From sequence record PP496443.1: DNA of 64,000 bases; one strand, 5' to 3'. A program made the position numbers and the translations under genes. Every line of letters starts with the position of its first letter. Positions within the stretch are counted from its first letter, which is position 1. Below, piece by piece: positions 32,701-41,982 of this stretch. Under the pieces are notes generated by a model. The model had not been told where the DNA came from and ran no database searches. It saw nothing but the letters and a program-made list of their open reading frames with translations.

Positions 32701-33831
32701 ATGCACCTTACCTACCGACAGCTCGCCGCCTGTGAGGGCATCCGTACCATTGGACGTAATTGCCTTGGCGCCCAAACTGTTCAGGTTCAGGGTAGCTGCA
32801 CCGGTGTTGGCAGTAGCAACCTTGAGCTGAAAGCGCTGGCCTGCTGCGTAGCTGGTGAACGCTTGCCCGAATGCACCCGCTGTCGGGATGCTGTAGGTCA
32901 GTACGTTGGCACTCGGCTGACCTACCTGACCGAGGTAGGTGAGTCCGGCACCGCGTTGAGCCGCAGTCTTGACGAAGCCCGCGTGAGTGGCATCGTCTAC
33001 CACACGCCAGCCAGTCGTGGCGTTGACGTACTGATAGCCTCGCACCCCATTGATCGATTGGATGTAGTCAGATCCAGTCACAATGCCTTCGAACGCTTGG
33101 CCCGCTGCCGCTGTGATCTTGATCGGATACAGGTTGGAGTTGGCCGAGTAGTCGCCAACAAACACCAGGTCACCAACCCGGCCTTGTGGCAGGGCTACCG
33201 AAGGTGCGGCAATACTGTTGGTGTTGTTGACCCACAACATCTCGCCGTTGTTGACGGGCAAGGCCGTGGCGATAGCTACCGCGACCCGGCTGTTACCGAA
33301 GCCGCCGACACCCATCTGACCTACAGCCAGTTGAACGTCCCACGATGCACCGTTCCAGATGAACCGGTAGTCTGCGTAGGGGGTTGCCATTACGAAGTTC
33401 GGCAGACCGCCGACAGCGACGCCGTTACCTGAGATGGTCACCGGATACGTACCGATGGTGCCCCCGGTTACCTGCACACGGACCGCATCGCCGACGACCA
33501 GAGCAGTACGCTTGGTGGCATCAGACTGGTTAGGAATCTGCTTGTCAGTAGGTAGCAGCATGGTTACAGGGTTGAGCAAAGCCTGATGCTGGTACATGCC
33601 GTTGGCGAACAACAGGGTGTTGTTGTCCGAGCCGTTGGTCTGAAGCAGTGTCAGATAGGCACCCATGGCTTGCTGCAACATCTCGGTGCTTTGGTACAAG
33701 CTATACAGCGGCCTGTTCAGCACACCTTCCGTGGGTACGGGCGGTTCTTGAATCGAACCGTCAGCATGCTCGCCGTCTTTAAACCAGCCGACCAGTGCCT
33801 TTGGAATGAATTTGAGTAAGTTATTAGCCAT
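29791..33831 (-). CDS. Long tail fibre protein
   Basis: Six SPxFTGDPKAPT shaft repeats, four pyocin-knob-like domains and a Gly-rich C terminus; flanked by baseplate and chaperone genes. Confidence 0.92.
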   Translation of the reverse strand: MANNLLKFIPKALVGWFKDGEHADGSIQEPPVPTEGVLNRPLYSLYQSTEMLQQAMGAYLTLLQTNGSDNNTLLFANGMYQHQALLNPVTMLLPTDKQIPNQSDATKRTALVVGDAVRVQVTGGTIGTYPVTISGNGVAVGGLPNFVMATPYADYRFIWNGASWDVQLAVGQMGVGGFGNSRVAVAIATALPVNNGEMLWVNNTNSIAAPSVALPQGRVGDLVFVGDYSANSNLYPIKITAAAGQAFEGIVTGSDYIQSINGVRGYQYVNATTGWRVVDDATHAGFVKTAAQRGAGLTYLGQVGQPSANVLTYSIPTAGAFGQAFTSYAAGQRFQLKVATANTGAATLNLNSLGAKAITSNGTDALTGGELSVGKVHDVFYDGASFQLVSSTRVDLTAYAPINSPTFTGDPKAPTPPLTDNDNSVATTAFVKLAIAALIDSSPGALDTLNELAAALGDDPNFATTVNNAIALRATIDSPTFTGDPKAPTAAAGDIDTSVANTAFVRAAMALFGIGTPNAANVTDLNAVGAGGFYYNSSTTATGVPIASNGLMIHTPFGDGSAALQIWASPLNPTRIFWRVRASNSWGGWKEFAALDSPVFTGDPKAPTPVTTDNDTSVATTNFVRNVLARYGIGTSDMDDTVADVGTLTEGGTYQVSSTITINGVNYLSGVVIVATNALYYTQQIFMPQANNRMFQRVSNGQVNSVTQWSQWREIASLDSPTFTGDPKAPTASLADNDLSIANTAFVQGLMGASGLGGSAISGDTLNFNDAPLNSFVKAEGTETNSTTYNRPLLGVAGTTAVAFTLITIGVPGAFRVTQYASSIFPSGRNRTFTRVKHDGAWFPWRELAATDSPVFTGDPQAPTAALGDTDLTIANTAFVQNQLASWGLGTLVSNIVTGNDMNQAVLGGLYRAQSTTANIPISSNFSVIVVPYNGGGCLQIATALNSNNRMFWRSQAGGNWTAWNEAVATDSPSLIGTPTAPTPPTTDNSTRLANTAYAQNLNFSQSRKFKGVGVGVSASITLDVSHSGYWLNLAGSGITVTLPDPTTLLPGATFVFRNPTSTVQTIVAPSGATISDSGSVQQITMQPLETLELATSGTSYWIVDRGSIVAPQDMIGQFTGVQTFTASGSWLCPAGVTTVYLSGCGGGGGGAGGGGASDSGAGGGSGGGCGTYAVLTPITVVPGSTYTITIGGGGAGGNGGPALAQGVVGSEAGAGALGGNGSATTFKLGSTTLLTLGGGTRGAYGGTSSGAGGISLVPGVTDGQDAPGLYLGGAGGAGAGTPWGTGGGGGRQANGPGSNGSASIGYGAGGGGGGGAYTRQNYANVSAAKGGNGSAGKSGVIFLQW
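30850..32630 (-). repeat. Six (D/N)SPxFTGDPxAPT...D.D.S.A.TxFV repeats alternating with knob domains
   Basis: Copies near 32600, 32385, 32025, 31660, 31260 and 30900 (the last is degenerate). Confidence 0.9.
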
Positions 33832-33901
33832 TTAAAGAATCCCTGAATCAGTGGTGGCTGTACATCTGAGGAGCCTAGGCCTTAGGCGAATATGATTGGG
33901 A

Positions 33902-34498
33902 TCAAGCAAACACAATCGTCCACCTTAGGACTAACTTGCGCTGGTTGGTCTTGACCAGTGCGGGGAACGTCTCGCGGCAAAACAGGTTGCCGTTGGTGCA
34001 AAACATCCCTGCTTCGGTATACGCCAGACCCGCCGACGGCGTGGTGGGGTTGTTACCTTCGGACTTGTCAATGACCAGCGTGTACTGAACCTGGGTCTCG
34101 CTGCCGGTCGGCTGATACGTGTAGTCTTTCGGATCGACCGACGTGTTGAAGAGCTTGCTGAACACCGTGGAAGATACGTCCAGCAGGCCAACGTCAGTTT
34201 CTTTCGGCGCAACCGGGGTCATAATGTCGCCGGTGGTCAGGTTGTGACCTTTGGTGCCGAACTTGAACGACGCAATGGAATAGGCTGCATCTGCTGACGC
34301 CAGCAAATGGGCCAGCGCCTTGGCACCGAGCGTTACCACGAGGTTGGGTTTGAAGTGCACCAGTCGAGTGATGCCGTCTTCCTCGATGTACGCTTCCACC
34401 TGACCACGGCACTTGATTCCCTCAGCCTTGTCCATGCCGATACCCGTTTCCATTGCTGCGATGGCCTGAATGGCTTCTACGGTCTGATGCGTGCTCAT
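33902..34498 (-). CDS. Baseplate/tail-collar protein
   Basis: NLVVTLG...FGT...EGN...EAGMF...LFCRETFPALVKT...WTI.F pattern typical of the gene preceding myovirus fibres. Confidence 0.75.
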   Translation of the reverse strand: MSTHQTVEAIQAIAAMETGIGMDKAEGIKCRGQVEAYIEEDGITRLVHFKPNLVVTLGAKALAHLLASADAAYSIASFKFGTKGHNLTTGDIMTPVAPKETDVGLLDVSSTVFSKLFNTSVDPKDYTYQPTGSETQVQYTLVIDKSEGNNPTTPSAGLAYTEAGMFCTNGNLFCRETFPALVKTNQRKLVLRWTIVFA

Positions 34499-35691
34499 GT
34501 GGTCTCCTCAGCTGGGGCATAGTCTACCCATTCAGCGTTAATATAATCGTGTGCGTAGATGTTGGAACCACCGATCCACTTGCCTTGGGTTGCCGGGGTT
34601 GCTCTCACTACATCGGGATTGTTGATGTAGAACCCACCGATGACCGGCATGCCTCGCCCATTACGACTTGGCTCGCTGATATTGGTGACGATCTCACCTG
34701 CGTCGAATTCTAGCACTGACAGCGAAGACGAAGGAATCGCCGGTTGCGTTATCAATACCTCAATGTCGAAGTCTAAAGTAAGCTCTAGGGCCTTGATGCG
34801 GGGTTCAACCACGTCATGGTAGCTTTCGATTGAATTAGCATCGAGGTACTTTTTGACGATATCCCGGAAGTCCGCACCGTAGAAGTCCATCTCGTACTTG
34901 TCGTACCAGCCGTCCAAGGCATTGATCGGTTTGTTCCGATGGTGGCCTCCGATAGTCGGGTAGGGGTATGGCAGCGGTGCACCCTGACCGATGAAGAAGC
35001 CCCCTATATCGAACGGCGGGTACGGGTAGTCTCGCAGCTTGCCGACACGGAACGGCTGGCGGATGTCTTCGTTGATTTGTTCCTCGATGTCTTCCGTGAA
35101 AGGAACAATGTCTTTGATGTTGACGCCCAGTTTGAAGCCGATGATGTTGGAGCAGACCCACATGAACTCTCGGGCCAGCACCAGCAACTGTGCTTCGGTC
35201 AGCAGGTCAGGGGCGGACGTAGGGGAAGCCTCAAGTCCGATCAGGATCTCGCAGTTGTTCAACCCAACCAGCTCCGGGTCATCTGCCCACGCCACACCGT
35301 TGGCGGTTTGCAGTTCGATCTCCCGCTGAACCCGCGTACCTTCGTAGATAATCGCACCAATGCCCAGCAGGCGGAGGATGAACACCAGTCCACGTGACGT
35401 ACCTTTCAACCGGTAGATCATGCGAGTGACGCCGACCAACGATCGGTCTTCAATGGCAGCACCGGCGGCACTCAGGATGCGCTTGATCTCATCCGCACCA
35501 AACTCGTCTGCGCCGATGCCCGGATCATAGGCGTCACCTTGAATGTTGAACCGGTCTACCATCTCCTCCACGTTCGCATAGTGGTTGGTCAGCGAGATGA
35601 AGTCCATGATCGCTGCCACTTTCTGGAACACAGGGTGATTACGTTGTTGTTCTGGAACCAGCTGAATGCTTGGTAGGATCTCCATAGCCAT
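34495..35691 (-). CDS. Baseplate wedge protein (P2 gpI/T4 gp7-like)
   Basis: IYRLKGTSRGLVFILRLLG motif; position between the gp6-like and collar genes. Confidence 0.7.
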   Translation of the reverse strand: MAMEILPSIQLVPEQQRNHPVFQKVAAIMDFISLTNHYANVEEMVDRFNIQGDAYDPGIGADEFGADEIKRILSAAGAAIEDRSLVGVTRMIYRLKGTSRGLVFILRLLGIGAIIYEGTRVQREIELQTANGVAWADDPELVGLNNCEILIGLEASPTSAPDLLTEAQLLVLAREFMWVCSNIIGFKLGVNIKDIVPFTEDIEEQINEDIRQPFRVGKLRDYPYPPFDIGGFFIGQGAPLPYPYPTIGGHHRNKPINALDGWYDKYEMDFYGADFRDIVKKYLDANSIESYHDVVEPRIKALELTLDFDIEVLITQPAIPSSSLSVLEFDAGEIVTNISEPSRNGRGMPVIGGFYINNPDVVRATPATQGKWIGGSNIYAHDYINAEWVDYAPAEETT

Positions 35692-35694
35692 GGT

Positions 35695-37179
35695 TTAATC
35701 CTCTGTAACGACGGTGTAACCCGTTGAGAGATCACCGTCATCAGGCCCAAAGTTAGCCAATTGGGTTTCGTCCGTGGTGAAGGAAACGTTCAACTCTCCG
35801 GGAATGAAGTACTGGTAGAAGCGCAACTTCTTATCCTTGATCGGGGTCTTGACATACACCCGAGTAACCTTGTCCAGTTTCTGCCCAATACCGCCGGTGA
35901 AGAACGTCCCACCCAGCTTGTAGCATTGGGCCAGACGTTGCTTGGCGATAGCAGCTTCCAGCGCCGTGGTGTCGGCCGTCTTATCGATTACCAGTACCAG
36001 CTCAAGGTCAACTCGTACCGCAACCGAATCGATCCACACAATGCCTTCAGCACTGATTTTGAACTTGGCCAGATAGTCCAGCAAGGCCAGCTCTTCAAGC
36101 GGGGACAGGGAATGGGTATCGTCGAACAGGTAGGCGATGGCGCACCGGCAGCAACCTTCCTGCTTGCCGTCGTCCCACGTACCCCCAGCAACTTCACAGG
36201 CTTCCTTGCTCCACTTGTCATCGAGGTTGCATTCACCCCGGTGGAACTTGGCATCGATCATACCTGGGTACGACTTCACCAGAGCTTCGTGATCGCTCGG
36301 GGTCACCATACGCCTTTGAGTCGAGTGGTACGCCGGGGCCAGTGTAGCAATCTTTTCCAGTGTGTCAGCGGGATAAAACGGGGTGGACGTCTCGATGGCT
36401 TGCGGCGTCATAAAGCCTGAATCCAGCGACACCTTGGGCAGCGTCAGGTTGAAGCTTGCCAGCACACGGGTATCTACCACCCGCAAATAGGACAATGACA
36501 CCTTACCGTTGAATGGCAACCGGTAGCCGATGGCCCCGTCACCTGATTTCAAGGCCAGCGCGTCGGGAAGGGTAGCTACAGGCAACGCACCTTCGTACAT
36601 GTCGTCGGTGAACTTGCTGGTCGGAACCACCTGATCCTCAACCGTTACCTGAACGAAATTGTTGTCCACGGTCATTATGTCTTCGACAGGAATAACGAAC
36701 GTGTAGAAGTCTGTGTCGGAGTCCACGAACGTTTCAATGGTCTCCCACGTGCCCAGTAGCAAGGTAAGTTTGTGCGTACCGACTGCAAGATACTGGGACT
36801 CTCGCAAGGAAAGCGGTTGGCTGTCAACGTAGCCGAACGGCACTTCTCGCAGGAAGTAATTCGCTTTCGTAACCTGAACCGTGACGTCGATGGTCATAGC
36901 TGTACACCTGTTGACCGGGTAGTCAAGGTGATACGCGATGTTCAGGATCGTGCTCTGAAGTTTTGCGGTGACCAGCGAGCGTTCCCGTAGCAGGGACATA
37001 CTGTGGAAACGCAAAAATGTCCCCAGGCCAGCAGCCAATTCCTTGACAACCGTACCTGTGGACATGCTGAAGTAGTCTTTCCACTTTGCTGCGTCGTCTT
37101 GACCGTCCAGAAATGTATTCAGGTCGTCCAAGATTGTAGCTTGGGAAATGCGGCTGGGATCAATGATGGTGGTGCCCAT
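35695..37179 (-). CDS. Baseplate wedge protein (T4 gp6/P2 gpJ-like)
   Basis: ERSLVTAKLQSTILNIAYHLDY and STQRRMVTPSDHEALV. Start reassigned to ATG 37179 (GAGG RBS). Confidence 0.85.
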   Translation of the reverse strand: MGTTIIDPSRISQATILDDLNTFLDGQDDAAKWKDYFSMSTGTVVKELAAGLGTFLRFHSMSLLRERSLVTAKLQSTILNIAYHLDYPVNRCTAMTIDVTVQVTKANYFLREVPFGYVDSQPLSLRESQYLAVGTHKLTLLLGTWETIETFVDSDTDFYTFVIPVEDIMTVDNNFVQVTVEDQVVPTSKFTDDMYEGALPVATLPDALALKSGDGAIGYRLPFNGKVSLSYLRVVDTRVLASFNLTLPKVSLDSGFMTPQAIETSTPFYPADTLEKIATLAPAYHSTQRRMVTPSDHEALVKSYPGMIDAKFHRGECNLDDKWSKEACEVAGGTWDDGKQEGCCRCAIAYLFDDTHSLSPLEELALLDYLAKFKISAEGIVWIDSVAVRVDLELVLVIDKTADTTALEAAIAKQRLAQCYKLGGTFFTGGIGQKLDKVTRVYVKTPIKDKKLRFYQYFIPGELNVSFTTDETQLANFGPDDGDLSTGYTVVTED

Positions 37180-37195
37180 ACGTTCCTCGAATCGG

Positions 37196-37579
37196 TTAGG
37201 AGGCTGGGCGTTTAAGATCGCCGCCAACGGAATAGTTACCGTCTAAGCCTTGGATGTAGAAGTTCAGCTGGACGTAATACATCTGGGCGTCCATGTAAGG
37301 GATAACCGAAGACGACTTCATGTCCAACCGGAGGCGGGGTTCATACTTCTGAATGCCCCCGATGAAGTGAGCCATGATCATCGAGGCCGTATCGGAATTG
37401 ATGGGCTCGAATAATAGGTCTCGAAGATCGGGATCGATGTCAGGACGAAACAATCTCTGCTTCTGCCCGGTGTTCATCAAATTGTCCAGCGCCTGATAAA
37501 CTGCTGACTCATTGAACTGGAGCGGAAGCCCAGACAATGGATCGTTGCTCAAGTCGCTGTAGAGTACCGTGATCGCCAT
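37196..37579 (-). CDS. Baseplate wedge/sheath initiator (gp25-like)
   Basis: AVYQALDNLMNT...RLFRPD...LLFEP...IQKYEPR. Confidence 0.88.
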   Translation of the reverse strand: MAITVLYSDLSNDPLSGLPLQFNESAVYQALDNLMNTGQKQRLFRPDIDPDLRDLLFEPINSDTASMIMAHFIGGIQKYEPRLRLDMKSSSVIPYMDAQMYYVQLNFYIQGLDGNYSVGGDLKRPAS

Positions 37580-37715
37580 AGTCCGGCTCCAGCGTGCCGC
37601 CCGTATACGCTCACAGGCGGGGTTTTACGTGATGAGTGGTTAAATGGTACGTCCCGATAAATAACGAGCCCGCCTGCCGCCGCTGGGGGCCGTTACAGTT
37701 CAACCTGATTCCACG

Positions 37716-38216
37716 TCAGTTCTTGCCGCGTAGTTCCAGTGTGCTCGCCGACGAAGCCGTCGGAAAGAACTCTACTACAGGGTCTCCCTTGGAATCAGTG
37801 AAAAGCCGCTCCGGTAGATTAACCTCAGGGATTGTCGTTGCAGCGTTGGACGCCGCTGACGGAGATAAGCTACTGGGAGGTGGAACGGCTACCATTTTTT
37901 CCTTGTCGTCTCCTTCCTTACTTCGGGAGGAGTTGAACCTGCTATACAACTCGCTGATTTGACTCTGTTGATTTCGGAACTGCTCCGTGGTTTCCCGGTT
38001 GAACTTGGTCTGGGTAGACACGAAGGAGATTACCGTCTTCTTCAAAGCATCGATGTCAGCGCTAACAGGAGCCTGCTTGGCATAGCGATCTTCCACAAAG
38101 AAATACATGGAGAACAACGCAATGACAATGGCTATTACTTGGGTAGGCGAGAGACGGATGGCAGAAACTTCTGTGTTAGGAGAAGGTGTGCCTCCGCTTG
38201 CGGGTTGACCAGCCAT
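37716..38216 (-). CDS. Hypothetical single-pass membrane protein
   Basis: QVIAIVIALFSMYFFV followed by a coiled coil; GAGG RBS. Confidence 0.7.
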   Translation of the reverse strand: MAGQPASGGTPSPNTEVSAIRLSPTQVIAIVIALFSMYFFVEDRYAKQAPVSADIDALKKTVISFVSTQTKFNRETTEQFRNQQSQISELYSRFNSSRSKEGDDKEKMVAVPPPSSLSPSAASNAATTIPEVNLPERLFTDSKGDPVVEFFPTASSASTLELRGKN

Positions 38217-38254
38217 ACTACCGTCCTCTACAGGCCATCAGGCAGTGGGTTAGC

Positions 38255-39262
38255 TCAGGCGAGGAATCTGTGTAAGCCCGAGGAATATTTGTTCAGGTAC
38301 ATGGTCATCACCTTATTGGACGCGGTGGTGGCTCGGTTACCTGATCGGTTAAACGACATATGCAACCAAGGTCGGTTCCCGTGTTCAAAGATGAACTGGT
38401 CATAATTGATGTTGTCTTTGACCCAATTGGCACGATCCCAATATTCTTGATTGCTAATGCCGGGCCACTGTACATCGATGGCTTGTCCCGTCTCATGCTG
38501 GGACCTACCATTCTGCTGTGTACGGAAACCGGAGTTGAAGGAGAAACCTGGGTAGGCGTCCCACAACGGTTCCAGTATATGCTCGGCCAATGCCTTGAGG
38601 TTGCAAACTATCTCCTGTTCCGTCAAGCCCCGTTGAGCCTTGATGGTGTGAGGGAAAGCAGTCTTGATCGATACGTTAGCCAGCGTAAACCTTGCAGATA
38701 GACGCAGCCCGTAATCCAGCGGTAGAGTAATCATGGCGCAGTCAGTGATAGGTGTAACTCGGTCCGGCGGGGGCACCTTGTTCTCTTCCTGTGCGGGTGT
38801 GTCTATTGGCGGTGGCGGTGAAGTCTGGGGTGCCGGTGGATAACTCTGCTGCGGAGTACCGGGACTGGTCTCGTATTCATCAGCGAAAGCGTCGTAACCG
38901 GCAGTCCGAATAAGCTTGGCTGCATTCTCAGGGCTGTTCTGATCCACCGGAATAATAGTGGCAGCGATAATCTCCACCTTACCCTTATCCGATGTACCGT
39001 CACCTACCAGCACAGTAGGTGAGCCTGTCATGGGTGCGTCATTGTCTTGGAACCCGTCACCCAGTCGGGCAACTGGTAGTCCGTTGGTGAACACCGTGGC
39101 ACTCCCAACTCTTTGCGAAGTAGGTCCGGGTGGGCCAATCCAGGTATCGCTGACCCGTACAACAGGGAAGCCATTGACCATGTGATTCGGGGATCCAGAC
39201 ACTGCCACCCGTTTAGCGTTTGACAAGTCTGGGCCTTGCCGGGCCACTGGTTTCAATGCCAT
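38255..39262 (-). CDS. PAAR spike-tip protein fused to a peptidase M15A (Zn peptidoglycan peptidase) domain
   Basis: N terminus: PVAR, PVVR..D, GSATVFTNGLPVARLGD. C terminus: NSGFR...SQHETGQAID...WLHMS (M15 HxxxxAxD and WxH). Confidence 0.85.
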   Translation of the reverse strand: MALKPVARQGPDLSNAKRVAVSGSPNHMVNGFPVVRVSDTWIGPPGPTSQRVGSATVFTNGLPVARLGDGFQDNDAPMTGSPTVLVGDGTSDKGKVEIIAATIIPVDQNSPENAAKLIRTAGYDAFADEYETSPGTPQQSYPPAPQTSPPPPIDTPAQEENKVPPPDRVTPITDCAMITLPLDYGLRLSARFTLANVSIKTAFPHTIKAQRGLTEQEIVCNLKALAEHILEPLWDAYPGFSFNSGFRTQQNGRSQHETGQAIDVQWPGISNQEYWDRANWVKDNINYDQFIFEHGNRPWLHMSFNRSGNRATTASNKVMTMYLNKYSSGLHRFLA

Positions 39263-39271
39263 GTGCCCACC

Positions 39272-39910
39272 TTAAGGGTTGTCCTGAATCATGCCAGCCT
39301 TACGAGTCTCGATACCGATGGTGTTGGTATCTTTGGTTCCTTCCACGTTCTCGGCCAGATTGCCTTTGACCAGTACCGCGCTGTCCCCCACCACCTGCCG
39401 GGAAAAGTTCCTGCCGACAACTTCGATCAGGTCGCGTTTGGCGGTTCTGATGATGTCGCCGTCGTTGGTGAACACCTCCGTGCTGCCGGTATGGTGAATG
39501 AACGTCACCTCGCCGCTGGTCAAGTCAGTGATCCATTGGTTACCCGAGGCATCGATCTGGCCGTAGGTGGTCGGGTAGTTGGTGCCCGACACGTCCGTCT
39601 GCTGCGTGCCCGCCGACTTCCAGAACCCGGTGTAGATCGGGAAGTGGGGATCTTGGCTGGGAAATTCGATGATCAGTTCAGATCCGACGATGGGTACGCC
39701 GAAGGAACTGGTTCCACCTCCGCCACCCTGATCAGCAGGAACCTGAGCGTAGCACCATGGCAGGGAGTCCACGTCTCCGTCGATGAACGGCGGTATGCGA
39801 CACTTCACCCGTGAGATGCCCCGTGGGTCTTGGTTGGTGACCACGATGCCTTTGAGCGGCTGATCGAAGAACCGCCGGGGTTTCATCACTTGATTGATAG
39901 AAAAGAGCAT
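39272..39910 (-). CDS. Baseplate central spike (gp5/gpV-like; OB fold and beta-helix, no lysozyme domain)
   Basis: GIVVTNQDPRGISRVKCRIP...PWC...VPIVGSELIIEF...PIYTG. Confidence 0.88.
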   Translation of the reverse strand: MLFSINQVMKPRRFFDQPLKGIVVTNQDPRGISRVKCRIPPFIDGDVDSLPWCYAQVPADQGGGGGTSSFGVPIVGSELIIEFPSQDPHFPIYTGFWKSAGTQQTDVSGTNYPTTYGQIDASGNQWITDLTSGEVTFIHHTGSTEVFTNDGDIIRTAKRDLIEVVGRNFSRQVVGDSAVLVKGNLAENVEGTKDTNTIGIETRKAGMIQDNP

Positions 39911-39928
39911 GGAAACCTCTCGTGCCGG

Positions 39929-40750
39929 TTAGAAATATTCCGGCTTGAACTGCTCGATCTGAACCGCGAATTCCTTTTTCAACTTCTCCTGACGATCCTG
40001 ATCTTCCATCACGATGATGTGGCGACGGATCTTCGAGCACGCGGTCAAGTCACCGGCAGCACGTTCCAGGTCACGGGCGTAATCCTCAAGCTCGCTTATC
40101 TGTTTATCCAGCTTGAACGTGGTCTCACCCTTCACATACTTCTGGATGTAGAACTTGCGCATCTGCTTGTCGTACAAGCTGCGGTAGGTCTTCTCGTATT
40201 CCGCCAGCGCATCCGCCGGTTTCATTTTGAGCGGACCTTTACGCACCTTGTCGGTCTTGATGGTATGAACGGTGTCCTTCGTTTCCACCTGCTTGATCGT
40301 CGGGATCAGCGGATTGTTCTTGTCCGCTTTGGTTTGCGTAGGAATCTGCGCTTTAGGCTTTTCCTTGGCAACCTTGACGGTGGTGTCTACCTTTGGCCGT
40401 GCACGACCGAGGAAGCCAGCAACATCATCTGCGCTAACCCACTTCGGCAGTTCCTTGACCGGCAAGGCAGTCTTGCGCACCTTATTGCTGGTGCACTTGC
40501 CCAGTACCCACTTGCGGGTGGCCGGGAACTCTGCGACTTCGCCGTCGTCGAAGCGGATGAACAAAGTCTTGTCCGCCACGCTGCGTTTGGATACGGTGCC
40601 GATGAAGATCAGCGGGTCTTGCTTCTTGCCGTCGTAGTTGATAACGAGCCGGTCACCTTTCTTGAATTCATCAATCAGGGCTGACGTTTCGATCTCTTGC
40701 TTGTCGTGCGACGACGTAGAGCGGGCCGGGTTAAGAGTCCGAATGCTCAT
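39929..40750 (-). CDS. Hypothetical protein with an N-terminal Tudor/SH3-like domain
   Basis: KGDRLVINY...IGTV...IRFDDGE; paralogous to the N terminus of 57577..58725. Confidence 0.7.
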   Translation of the reverse strand: MSIRTLNPARSTSSHDKQEIETSALIDEFKKGDRLVINYDGKKQDPLIFIGTVSKRSVADKTLFIRFDDGEVAEFPATRKWVLGKCTSNKVRKTALPVKELPKWVSADDVAGFLGRARPKVDTTVKVAKEKPKAQIPTQTKADKNNPLIPTIKQVETKDTVHTIKTDKVRKGPLKMKPADALAEYEKTYRSLYDKQMRKFYIQKYVKGETTFKLDKQISELEDYARDLERAAGDLTACSKIRRHIIVMEDQDRQEKLKKEFAVQIEQFKPEYF

Positions 40751-40791
40751 TATTTTCTCCTGTTCGGGCGCTGTGCCATGTCATTCAAATC

Positions 40792-40805
40792 ATGCCCATA
40801 ATTAG
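40792..40805 (-). promoter_or_regulatory. Candidate late promoter CTAATTA-TGG-GCAT
   Basis: Copy of the recurrent motif, about 40 nt upstream of ATG 40750. Confidence 0.5.
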
Positions 40806-40818
40806 GCCTTTTGCGTGT

Positions 40819-41982
40819 TTAGCGAACGTTGCCTTTGATGGCAGCTGGCGCTTCCCGACTCATCTCAACCCGAGTAACCATATCGCCGTTGACGATCCGT
40901 CTTGCGACCATGTTGACCAAGTACATCCCGGTATACGTCTCCGAGGTTTGCTTGTTCTGGTTATTAACCTCAAGCTCATCATCCTTGAACAGTACCAGAT
41001 CCAGCAGTCGCACCGGATAGAACTCGTTCTTGAACGACACGTCCACCGTACAGGCGGAGTAGCTGCACAGATAGTTCAAGTTGTTGATGTAAGACTCGTT
41101 ATACCGGGCGTGCACGTTGTCCCCTGCAAAGGAGTTCGGCACTCGGCGAATCTTTACATCCGCGTTCCGGCCCAGTGTCTTAGACGCGGCCAGCAGTGTT
41201 GATACCGTACTGCTCTTACCGATGCTACCCCCACTGTCCAGGTTATACTCCAGCGTTTCCAGACCGTACCCGGCGAACTGATTCAGCAGGCCGTTGGACA
41301 ACTGGATCGTGTACTCACCTTGGATAGGGATTTGTACGCTTGCTGCCTTTTGTTCTGGCGAGGATGCCCCATAGTTGAAGATGTAGGCCGGAGCCAAGCT
41401 CAACATGGACTTCAGACTGCGGAACCGGAAGATGGAATCCGACGTGATGCCGATCAGAGGAACGTTGTTCAGCCCCACGTCAGTGCGCAGCCAGGTGCTG
41501 TTGACGAACGCACGGTCTGTCGTGTACGGTTGAATCCACTTCATCTTGTCCACGGACGCGGGCAGATTGGTGTCGAACTTCATGTTGTTCCGTTGGGCAA
41601 CCCCGGCCATCACCTCGACACCCGACATCAGCTTGGTTATCTGCTGGTGGCAGTCGTTCACATAAGACGGATGGTACGCCAGCCCGGACAGGTTGAACAC
41701 ATACTCCGACTGACCATTCCGTTTTACCTTGGGATTCAGAATCCAAAGGCGATAGTCCATCATGTTGTCCGCTGTCCGACCAATGGAGATCGTCAGCGGA
41801 TTGCCTTCGTTCATGTTGTACATCACTTCCTTGTTGCTAGTCGAGAACGTCATCTCGAACTGTGGAAGCTCGCCCCCGGCACGTTCGATGATCTGGAAGT
41901 CAGTGAGCTGATCCCCGGACAAGAAGTCCTTGATGGTGCCGATGGATGCCGAGAGTCGCCACTGACCGTTAACGCCGATCAT
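40819..41982 (-). CDS. Baseplate hub protein (gp27/GpD-like)
   Basis: About 390 aa, KWIQP...F and TGMYLV...R...G...T motifs; located between the gp53-like gene and the spike. Confidence 0.7.
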   Translation of the reverse strand: MIGVNGQWRLSASIGTIKDFLSGDQLTDFQIIERAGGELPQFEMTFSTSNKEVMYNMNEGNPLTISIGRTADNMMDYRLWILNPKVKRNGQSEYVFNLSGLAYHPSYVNDCHQQITKLMSGVEVMAGVAQRNNMKFDTNLPASVDKMKWIQPYTTDRAFVNSTWLRTDVGLNNVPLIGITSDSIFRFRSLKSMLSLAPAYIFNYGASSPEQKAASVQIPIQGEYTIQLSNGLLNQFAGYGLETLEYNLDSGGSIGKSSTVSTLLAASKTLGRNADVKIRRVPNSFAGDNVHARYNESYINNLNYLCSYSACTVDVSFKNEFYPVRLLDLVLFKDDELEVNNQNKQTSETYTGMYLVNMVARRIVNGDMVTRVEMSREAPAAIKGNVR

